Shown here piece after piece: positions 1-5,846 of a DNA stretch of 12,712 nucleotides. The stretch is from a virus. The notes under the pieces are model-generated. The model did no database searches. It saw nothing but the letters and a program-made list of their open reading frames with translations, and was not told the origin of the DNA. The stretch is taken from positions 1-12,712 of IMG/VR virus record IMGVR_UViG_3300045988_154913; one strand, given 5' to 3'. Position 1 is the stretch's first letter. Each line of letters opens with the position of its first letter. The position numbers and the translations under genes are program-made.

Positions 1-34
1 TACCCCCTCCTCTCTAGCAAGCAAGGCAATTTCC

Positions 35-120
35 CACTTTAGCATGGTAAAGTGCTAAAGTGCTAAAGCGTCAGCAATGCTTTAGTGTAGTAAAGTGCTA
101 AAGCGGTAAAGCGAGTACAA
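35..120. repeat. Two ~43-bp tandem units inside the ITR, each with one inverted CTTTAG element followed by three tandem 8-mers TAAAG(T/C)G(C/G)
   Basis: TAAAG starts at 48, 56, 64 and at 91, 99, 107. Inverted CTTTA lies at 37-41 and 80-84. Unit 35-77 aligns with unit 78-120 at roughly 70% identity. A small hairpin is possible: CACTTTA (35-41) with TAAAGTG (48-54). Mirrored at 12593-12678. Confidence 0.8.
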
Positions 121-185
121 ATAATTGGACTGATAGTAAGTACAAATAATTGGACTGATAAAGTGTACAAATATTTGGACTAATC
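115..185. repeat. Three iteron-like direct repeats GTACAAATA(A/T)TTGGACT(G/A)AT(A/C), phased at exactly 25 bp
   Basis: 21-mers start at 115, 140 and 165. The first two are identical and the third has 3 mismatches. Mirrored at 12528-12598 in the right ITR. Confidence 0.85.
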
Positions 186-290
186 AGAAAATAAAAAATA
201 ATACCCTTACGCAATAAAGAGCAAAAATATTTAGTTAAATAGAATTAACAAATACATAAAAGAAAAAATATAATGTTTACAATTTATTCA

Positions 291-319
291 TTGACAATTG
301 CGGTGTGGTGTGATATACT
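291..319 (+). promoter_or_regulatory. Near-consensus sigma-A/sigma-70 promoter in the left ITR, pointing inward
   Basis: TTGACA (291-296), 17-nt spacer, TATACT (314-319), with a TG at the extended -10 position (tgaTATACT). It lies ~65 nt upstream of the first RBS, AGGAGG (371-376). Confidence 0.7.
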
Positions 320-385
320 ATATATAGAGTTAAGGGAGAGGAACAAAAGAAAAAAACCTTAACAATAAAAAGGAGGTAAGCAGAA

Positions 386-601
386 ATGAAAAGACTTTTT
401 GTTTGTGAATGGTGTGACAAAATATTTGACGATGAGCATGAAGCCAAACAGTGTGAAAGAAGTCATTTGATACCCGTGAATGTAAACCCCACATTTTATA
501 CAGAGGGTGCTAAAATTCCAGAACTTGTAAAAGTTGATTTTGGAGCAGAGGAAGCAATTTACAGACGTATAAAAGGTGCAACAATGCCACAGGGGGAGTA
601 A
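386..601 (+). CDS. Small Zn-ribbon/zinc-finger-like protein (71 aa), function unknown, first gene behind the ITR promoter
   Basis: AGGAGG RBS 9 nt upstream of the ATG. Residues C7-x2-C10-x12-C23-x3-H27 (FVCEWCDKIFDDEHEAKQCERSH) have the spacing of a C2H2-type finger, with Cys in place of the first His. Confidence 0.75.
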   Translation: MKRLFVCEWCDKIFDDEHEAKQCERSHLIPVNVNPTFYTEGAKIPELVKVDFGAEEAIYRRIKGATMPQGE

Positions 602-603
602 AC

Positions 604-765
604 ATGAAGATAACAATAAAATCAATCGTAACAATCCTACTAACGGCTGTATTTTGTTTGTTATCACTAGCCGGAAAGATAACAAGTGAACAGTACATGA
701 CAGTTTTTACAACTGTAATTGCGTTTTACTTCGGAACTCAGTTTTCAAAAAATGGTAAAGTCTAA
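604..765 (+). CDS. 53-aa two-TM membrane protein, holin candidate (not in the supplied ORF track)
   Basis: Hand translation: MKITIKSIVTILLTAVFCLLSLAGKITSEQYMTVFTTVIAFYFGTQFSKNGKV. GGGGGAG RBS 5 nt upstream. Two hydrophobic segments and a short charged C-terminus. The stop overlaps the next start (TAATG at 763-767). Lies upstream of the endolysin. Confidence 0.6.
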   Translation: MKITIKSIVTILLTAVFCLLSLAGKITSEQYMTVFTTVIAFYFGTQFSKNGKV

Positions 766-974
766 TGTGGAGCACGATAATAGTTGCAGTGCTATCCCTG
801 ATAGGTACATTTATTGGTAGTTATTCAGGGTTTAAGCTAACAGAGTACCGAGTGCAACAGCTGGAAAAACGAGTAGCAGAGCATAACAATTTTGCTAGAA
901 GATTGCCAGTAGTTGAAGAGCAAATAAAAGTAATTAACCATAGATTAACAGATTTAGAGGTAAAAGAAAAATGA
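765..974 (+). CDS. 69-aa protein with N-terminal TM anchor plus coiled coil, holin-like or lysis accessory (BhlA/UviB-like architecture)
   Basis: The hydrophobic N-terminus (WSTIIVAVLSLIGTFIGSY) is followed by a heptad-like charged helix. Translationally coupled on both sides (TAATG upstream, ATGA downstream). Confidence 0.6.
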   Translation: MWSTIIVAVLSLIGTFIGSYSGFKLTEYRVQQLEKRVAEHNNFARRLPVVEEQIKVINHRLTDLEVKEK

Positions 975-1639
975 CATTTAAGGAATATATTTCTAAAACC
1001 CTAGGAAAATCAATTGAGTTTGACGGGGTTTACCCGTATCAGTGTTGCGACTTAGTTAATGATTATATGCAAAAATGTTTTAACGTTTTTACATACTATC
1101 CATATAATTTTAATGCTCAACAGTATTTTACACGCTTCGAAGAGGTATCGGCTCTTGTAAAGAATTTTACAAAAATTTCAAATACTCCTGAGTTTGTACC
1201 AATGCAGGGTGATATATGTATTTTTAAGTCGGCTGATAATATCGGGCATATCTCAATAGCAACGGGCGATGGAAACACAAGCTATTTTTACAGTTATGAC
1301 CAAAATTGGAATGGGCATAACTTTGTAGCAAAAGAGAGGCACACGTATACTAATTTTTTAGGTGTTCTGAGATATAAAGGCAATTCACTTGACAATTCAG
1401 GACTAAAACGTGGGGATAACAATGCAGGGGTTTACGCTTACAAAATGATGTTAAAATTGGCAAAAACTTGTAAAATAATTAGTACAAGTGTTGATTTTAA
1501 CGGCATTTATGGTAAAGGCACTGAAAAAGCTACAAATGAGATTTTGCGAAAACTGAAAAAGAAAGAGAATGGAATAGCAGGAGCGAAACTAATTAATGCA
1601 CTTTATGAAGCCATTCTTGACAAAATAGTTAATTTTTAA
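971..1639 (+). CDS. Endolysin: N-terminal CHAP peptidase/amidase domain plus C-terminal putative peptidoglycan-binding domain (PG_binding_1-like)
   Basis: CHAP signature: catalytic Cys context YPYQCCDLV, His context NIGHISIA, then YSYDQNW. The C-terminal part (LKRGDNNAGVYAYKMMLKLA...FNGIYGKGTEKATNEILRKL) resembles PG_binding_1 repeats. Confidence 0.85.
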   Translation: MTFKEYISKTLGKSIEFDGVYPYQCCDLVNDYMQKCFNVFTYYPYNFNAQQYFTRFEEVSALVKNFTKISNTPEFVPMQGDICIFKSADNIGHISIATGDGNTSYFYSYDQNWNGHNFVAKERHTYTNFLGVLRYKGNSLDNSGLKRGDNNAGVYAYKMMLKLAKTCKIISTSVDFNGIYGKGTEKATNEILRKLKKKENGIAGAKLINALYEAILDKIVNF

Positions 1640-1725
1640 CAGTTAATACGTTATGTGAGCATTTAACAATACAACAGCAAATTGATAATAATTAACATTT
1701 ACAAAATAAGAGTGCTAAACCGCTA

Positions 1726-1755
1726 TTGTTATCTAACGTACATAACTATTATATT
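1726..1755 (+). promoter_or_regulatory. Weak candidate promoter just upstream of the poly(A) tract
   Basis: TTGTTA (1726-1731), 18-nt spacer, TATATT (1750-1755). A start near 1762 would put the A52 run at the 5' end of the SSB-candidate mRNA. The match is weak and chance is plausible in AT-rich DNA. Confidence 0.25.
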
Positions 1756-1765
1756 AAACAAATTA

Positions 1766-1819
<54 letters not shown>

Positions 1820-1839
1820 ATGGAAAGAGGTTTTAAAAC

Positions 1840-2178
1840 ATGAATGGTTTTAATGTGAACATGAGCAAAAAGGATATTTTTAACGCTAAGAGTGGAAGTA
1901 TTTCAATCAAGACAACAGAAGCGAGCGAGTGGCACACTGTTTCAGGCTGTGCAGTGGTAGAAAATGGTGGACTTGATAGAGATAAGAAACCATGTGATAT
2001 TGGCTACATCGCTACAGACATTGGAGTTTTTGGGTTCTCTTCTAAGGTTTGTCTTGACCACATGGAAGAATTGGCAGACATTCTCAGCGAGTGCCTAAAC
2101 GCAGGCGAAGAAGTAAAGGTAAGATTTGTCAAAGGCAAGTCAACCAATGGTGAATTTTACTCAATCCAGATACAGTAA
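1840..2178 (+). CDS. Candidate single-stranded DNA-binding protein, phi29 p5-like (112 aa)
   Basis: GAGG RBS 9 nt upstream. Length and several local motifs (DIFNAKSGS; FSSKV...ELADIL; VKVRFVKGKSTNGEFYSIQIQ) resemble phi29 p5 as I recall it (KIFNAQTGG; SAISKT...ASDLIDL; FKVKVVQGTSSKGNVFFSLQL). The similarity is from memory and unverified. Confidence 0.45.
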   Translation: MNGFNVNMSKKDIFNAKSGSISIKTTEASEWHTVSGCAVVENGGLDRDKKPCDIGYIATDIGVFGFSSKVCLDHMEELADILSECLNAGEEVKVRFVKGKSTNGEFYSIQIQ

Positions 2179-2209
2179 ATAACAAAATCGGCAGAACGTG
2201 GTAATAAAA

Positions 2210-2225
2210 GTTGCCACGTTGCAAC
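2210..2225. promoter_or_regulatory. Palindromic 16-mer element, one-mismatch copy (GTTGCCACGTTGCAAC)
   Basis: 15/16 match to GTTGCAACGTTGCAAC. Located 23 nt upstream of the portal ATG, just 5' of its RBS. Confidence 0.7.
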
Positions 2226-2248
2226 CGATTGAAAAAAGAGGTGAAAAA

Positions 2249-3190
2249 ATGGGTTCAAAAATAAAGCCATGGAACTGGAGCGAATTTGGAGTTTCAAACA
2301 TAGACAAAACACAACTAACTAGCTACTATTACAAAATGTTGCTAAATCGTGTTATCAATATGTTTACATGGGATAACTTACCAGATACCATTGATGAACA
2401 GGTGATGAACTTTTGGCTATTTGTGGCAGGAAGAGTTGTGTTCACTGAGTTCAATGGGAAACTATATGCACTAAATGGAAATTATGGAGGTTATCCTAAC
2501 GAGTATTATTTGCCTACAGAATTTGTTATTGCCAATCCAATTTTAGGAAGTAAAATTGTAAAGTTAGACGTTGACGGAGTGGCAATGTTTAACAGTGATA
2601 CCGACAAATATCCCACACAAACAATGACAGGTGGTTTGTATCCTATACTAACACTAACAGCAAATATGCTAGCCGATTGTGTGGTAACAATATCCAGTGC
2701 ATTGAAAAACGGCAGAGTTCAGACCGCATTTTTGTGCAAAGATGATACAGTGAGAATTGCAGGTGAAAAAGTTCTAAAACAGTTATATAACGGCAATCCT
2801 GCTGTTATGATTGACGACACAATTTTAAACTGTATTACACCGATAAAAATGGCAGATAATACAAGTGTTGCTACAATCCTACAGCAGACTGTTGAAACGT
2901 ATCAATTTTGGCTTGCAAATTTTTACAATTCAATCGGAGTAAATGCAAATTTTAACATGAAACGAGAACGGCTAAATACAGCAGAGGTTAATATTAATGA
3001 TAGTGCATTATTTGTAAATGTTATTAATATGTTGAATAACCGACAGCAGGCAGTTGATAAAATTAACAAAATGTTTGGTACAAACATAACTGTTGAAATT
3101 TCTGAGGAATGGAAAGACTTAACAGAAACTGAGGAACCCCCTACAGAGGAAGAGGGAAAAGACAATGCGGAAGATAATAACGCTGAATGA
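2249..3190 (+). CDS. Portal / head-tail connector (upper collar), phi29 gp10-like (313 aa)
   Basis: Start moved from the track's GTG at 2198 to the ATG at 2249, which has a GAGGTG RBS 7 nt upstream; the upstream extension merely translates the palindrome. FTWDNLPDTID resembles phi29 gp10 FEWENLPPTIN, and IGVNANFNMKRERLNTAEV resembles LGIKNANLEKKERMVTDEV. The length matches gp10 (309 aa) and the C-terminal tail is acidic. Confidence 0.8.
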   Translation: MGSKIKPWNWSEFGVSNIDKTQLTSYYYKMLLNRVINMFTWDNLPDTIDEQVMNFWLFVAGRVVFTEFNGKLYALNGNYGGYPNEYYLPTEFVIANPILGSKIVKLDVDGVAMFNSDTDKYPTQTMTGGLYPILTLTANMLADCVVTISSALKNGRVQTAFLCKDDTVRIAGEKVLKQLYNGNPAVMIDDTILNCITPIKMADNTSVATILQQTVETYQFWLANFYNSIGVNANFNMKRERLNTAEVNINDSALFVNVINMLNNRQQAVDKINKMFGTNITVEISEEWKDLTETEEPPTEEEGKDNAEDNNAE

Positions 3191-3842
3191 GTGGGTTGAA
3201 AAGTTTCCCACTATAAATACTATCTTTGACAAGGTATCAGCAGACTTGAAATTATTTACAGTTTTTACATCGGCTGAAATGTTCTCATATTTTGTAAACA
3301 AGTTTGGTGAGCGTGGTTTTTATCTGTATTATGATAGCGAAAATGTCACAAATAATACTAATAGAGTGAAACAGGCAAGCGACTATATAGCATTATATGG
3401 TAAATCTCACAAATACGAGTACGACAAGTTAGTTGATACTCTATCATTGGAATATAATCCCATTGAAAACTATTCCATGACAGAAAAAGGAGCAGACACA
3501 AGAACACCAAACATCACGCAAACAAACAGGGGTGTAAATACAAATACTGTAGGGGTTGACACGTCAATTACAACTGGAAAGACAACTTTTGACAAATCTG
3601 ATAGTTTTATCAATGATACAAAAACTACCAATACGGGAACTAATACCGATACGCAGGATATAAACACTACAGTTACCACGGCAGGAGATGAAAAAACTGT
3701 ACATGAATTTACAAGAAGTGGTAATATAGGAGTTACCACGTCACAGCAGATGATTGAAAGTGAACGTCAATTAGCCATGTTTTCTGTAGTTGATTTATTC
3801 GTCAAGGCAATTGCCGATATAATTCTAATCGGAGTATATTAA
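3165..3842 (+). CDS. Lower collar / tail-tube candidate (phi29 gp11 position), 225 aa
   Basis: Immediately follows and overlaps the portal gene by 26 nt, the same gene order as phi29 10-11. Contains an EYNPIENY motif, a long Thr/Asn-rich beta-type stretch and GNIGVTTSQQMIESE near the C-terminus. The assignment is mainly positional. Confidence 0.5.
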   Translation: MRKIITLNEWVEKFPTINTIFDKVSADLKLFTVFTSAEMFSYFVNKFGERGFYLYYDSENVTNNTNRVKQASDYIALYGKSHKYEYDKLVDTLSLEYNPIENYSMTEKGADTRTPNITQTNRGVNTNTVGVDTSITTGKTTFDKSDSFINDTKTTNTGTNTDTQDINTTVTTAGDEKTVHEFTRSGNIGVTTSQQMIESERQLAMFSVVDLFVKAIADIILIGVY

Positions 3843-3845
3843 AAA

Positions 3846-4133
3846 ATGCAAAAAGTGAGAAGCCCGACATATGCGGAAAATTATGTCAATCTTGCAAGAG
3901 CAGTTGTGTTAAAAGTAGTAGTAGATACACTCCAAGGCAAGAAAGATTTAAAAGACTATATTTTATATAGTGATGATTTTGTGTTTTGGTTATGCCTTGC
4001 AGATTGGTTAAAATATGAAAATGTTATTAAAGATAAGTTTTCATGTTTTAAAGGGATTGACAATACGTTGAGAAAGAAACTAAACACATATTATCGCCTT
4101 AAAGGTGAAGAAATAAAGAGAGGTAAATTATAA
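3846..4133 (+). CDS. Hypothetical protein (95 aa); occupies the scaffold-gene position upstream of the capsid gene but is not scaffold-like in composition
   Basis: The ORF fills the gap exactly and its stop overlaps the capsid start (TAATG at 4131-4135). The sequence is basic and rich in aromatic residues, unlike the acidic helical phi29 gp7. Confidence 0.6.
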   Translation: MQKVRSPTYAENYVNLARAVVLKVVVDTLQGKKDLKDYILYSDDFVFWLCLADWLKYENVIKDKFSCFKGIDNTLRKKLNTYYRLKGEEIKRGKL

Positions 4134-5287
4134 TGGAAGTTACACAAATTGCCACAATTTTGAATGAAGCACAGCAGGAAATAATCGGTGAGGGTGCTAT
4201 AACAACGGAAAATCTTGAAAACGTTGTCGACATGGGCAAGCAGATACTTGAAGTGACAGATGTTGACAATTACGTCCGTAAACTGATTGATAAAGTCGGT
4301 AGGACGACTTTTGTTGACCGAGTTTACAATTCGACAGCTCCCGACATTTTGGTGGATAATTGGAAGTATGGTTCTGCGATGCAAAAAGTTCGTTGTGAAA
4401 TGCCTGATGCTGTTGAGAATGACAGCTGGAAACTAACCAATGGTCAAAGTTATGACCCATTCGTATTTACTGCACCTAACGTTCAGTCAAAATTTTATGA
4501 TAGCAAGGTAACGTACGAAGTGCAGATGTCATTTACAGAAATGCAGGTCAAGAGTGCATTTAATTCACCTGCTGAAATGAATAGCTTTTTTGCTATGATT
4601 GAAAACAGAATACGTTTTAAGCTCACTTTGTCAAATGACATACTTAAAACACGAACTGTTAATAATCTTATCGCAGAGAAGATACACAGCAATAACAATG
4701 TTGTTAATCTTTTGACAATGTATAACACAGAGTTTACTCAGCCCCTGAAAGCGGACCACGCTCTTATGGATAAAGATTTTCTAAGATATGCAATTGGCAA
4801 AATCAAGGAGTATATCAAGTACATTCAGCGTCCGTCAATGCTGTTCAATGACGGCGGTTACACAACTTTCACTCCTGAAAGTGACATGAAAATGGTGCTT
4901 TTGTCACGATTTGTAAATACTGCTGAGGTTTATCTACAGAGTGACACGTTCCACAATGACCTTGTGAAGCTAAGTGGGTATTCTGAGGTTCCATACTGGC
5001 AGGGTAGCGGAACGGGTGAAACGTTTGATTTTGCAGAAATTTCAAAAATCGATGTTACAACTGCTAGTGGTAACAAGGTATCTCAGTCGGGTATTATTGG
5101 CACTATTTTTGACCGTGATGCCTGCATGGTATGTAACGCCAATCCGAGAGTTACAAGTATTTACAATCCAAAAGGAGAATATTGGAATTATTTCTACAAG
5201 TACGATGCAAGCTATTTCAATGATACCATGGAAAATTGTGTTGTATTTATAGTAGCAGACACGTCAAAAAACAGCATAACAAAATGA
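4133..5287 (+). CDS. Major capsid protein, phi29 gp8-like (384 aa)
   Basis: GAGAGG RBS. The C-terminal motif NPKGEYWNYFYKYD...NCVVFIV resembles phi29 gp8 NPRGLYWNYYYHVW...NAVAFV as I recall it. Size and position are appropriate. Confidence 0.8.
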   Translation: MEVTQIATILNEAQQEIIGEGAITTENLENVVDMGKQILEVTDVDNYVRKLIDKVGRTTFVDRVYNSTAPDILVDNWKYGSAMQKVRCEMPDAVENDSWKLTNGQSYDPFVFTAPNVQSKFYDSKVTYEVQMSFTEMQVKSAFNSPAEMNSFFAMIENRIRFKLTLSNDILKTRTVNNLIAEKIHSNNNVVNLLTMYNTEFTQPLKADHALMDKDFLRYAIGKIKEYIKYIQRPSMLFNDGGYTTFTPESDMKMVLLSRFVNTAEVYLQSDTFHNDLVKLSGYSEVPYWQGSGTGETFDFAEISKIDVTTASGNKVSQSGIIGTIFDRDACMVCNANPRVTSIYNPKGEYWNYFYKYDASYFNDTMENCVVFIVADTSKNSITK

Positions 5288-5296
5288 TAGTTAAAA

Positions 5297-5331
5297 ACGT
5301 TGCAACCCTAAAAAAGTTGCAACGTTGCAAC
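5297..5331. promoter_or_regulatory. Composite palindrome site after the capsid gene: half-site GTTGCAAC (5299-5306) plus perfect 16-mer (5316-5331)
   Basis: ACGTTGCAAC (5297-5306) is the reverse complement of GTTGCAACGT (5316-5325), giving a potential 10-bp stem with a 9-nt loop. The 16-mer ends 19 nt before the ATG at 5351. Confidence 0.75.
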
Positions 5332-5350
5332 TATATTGAGGTGAGAAAAA

Positions 5351-5842
5351 ATGCCAATTATAACAACGTATCAATGTTCGCAGGACGTACGGACAGTTCA
5401 AAAAACATTAACAAATGCAATTAATTATAATTGTGAAATACTGGATACTATGAACAGTTTTACACCCCGTATACGATTATTCTGTACGTCTGAAACGTTT
5501 AACGCAAATATGGTGTATATACCATTTTTTGATAGATACTATCACATAATTTCAGCGGACATTGAGAGTGCAGAAACTATTATTTTACAGTGTGAATTTG
5601 ATATATTTACATATTCAGTAGCACTATTATCTAGCGAATTTTTAGTTACTAGAAATGAAAATATTGGAAGTACATATATCCCTGATACAATGTTACCATT
5701 AAAAGGTAATAAGGAAATGAAAGTAATAGAGTTTACTGGTGGAGATTTTAACCTTGACACTGCTACGGTAAATAGTTACAATTTTGTGCTAAATGTGGCA
5801 GGTGGTGGAAGTAATCAGGGAACTGCGGAGAATGGAGTGTAA
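5351..5842 (+). CDS. Tail protein (163 aa) resembling the N-terminal domain of phi29 gp9-type tail knob proteins
   Basis: GAGGTGA RBS. The pattern NMVYIPFFDRYYHIISADIESAETIILQCEFDIFTYS resembles the gp9 N-terminal region ([41 protein letters not shown], from memory). Confidence 0.45.
   Translation: MPIITTYQCSQDVRTVQKTLTNAINYNCEILDTMNSFTPRIRLFCTSETFNANMVYIPFFDRYYHIISADIESAETIILQCEFDIFTYSVALLSSEFLVTRNENIGSTYIPDTMLPLKGNKEMKVIEFTGGDFNLDTATVNSYNFVLNVAGGGSNQGTAENGV
5754..5782 (+). promoter_or_regulatory. Candidate internal sigma-A promoter upstream of the 682-aa tail gene
   Basis: TTGACA (5754-5759), 17-nt spacer, TACAAT (5777-5782), 65 nt upstream of the ATG at 5847. It matches 11/12 consensus positions, but one such hit by chance is not unlikely in AT-rich DNA. 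Confidence 0.3.
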
Positions 5843-5846
5843 TTAA

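Larger units (their letters stand above)
1..371. repeat. Left inverted terminal repeat (ITR)
   Basis: Nt 1-371 are the reverse complement of nt 12344-12712, compared by eye along the full length. The only difference is an A7 run (350-356) versus a T5 run (12359-12363). No plausible coding ORF lies inside it. Confidence 0.95.

Noticed and set aside
39-58. Resemblance of TTAGCA...GTGCTAA to the HrcA CIRCE operator (TTAGCACTC-N9-GAGTGCTAA)
   Set aside because: The half-site offset is 13 nt instead of 20, and the inner bases do not match. The similarity is superficial.
35-185. CRISPR-like array in the ITR repeats
   Set aside because: The repeats are 8 bp and 21 bp with 0-4 bp between them, so there are no spacer-sized unique segments. 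They are duplicated in inverted orientation at the other end as part of the ITR.
1711-1723. An internal copy of the ITR motif (AGTGCTAAACCGC versus ITR AGTGCTAAAGCGG) upstream of the poly(A) tract
   Set aside because: The exact shared core is only ~9 nt, and a single such hit in 12.7 kb on two strands is roughly what chance predicts.
2198-2248. Longer N-terminal extensions suggested by the track (GTG 2198 for the portal, 7835 for the TP candidate, 10520 for the ATPase, 12119 and 12334 for the right-arm genes)
   Set aside because: Each internal ATG has a well-spaced GGAGG-type RBS. The extensions overlap upstream genes or simply read through the palindromic element (VATLQP / LQRCN).
5316-5331. 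The palindrome as a CcpA cre site or a LacI/PurR-family operator (central CG, AACGTT core)
   Set aside because: Aligned on the central CG, it mismatches the cre consensus TGWAANCGNTNWCA at 4-5 defined positions. It is also 2 bp shorter per arm pair than the PurR box (GCAAACGTTTGC). Only the general operator style is shared, not an identifiable known site.
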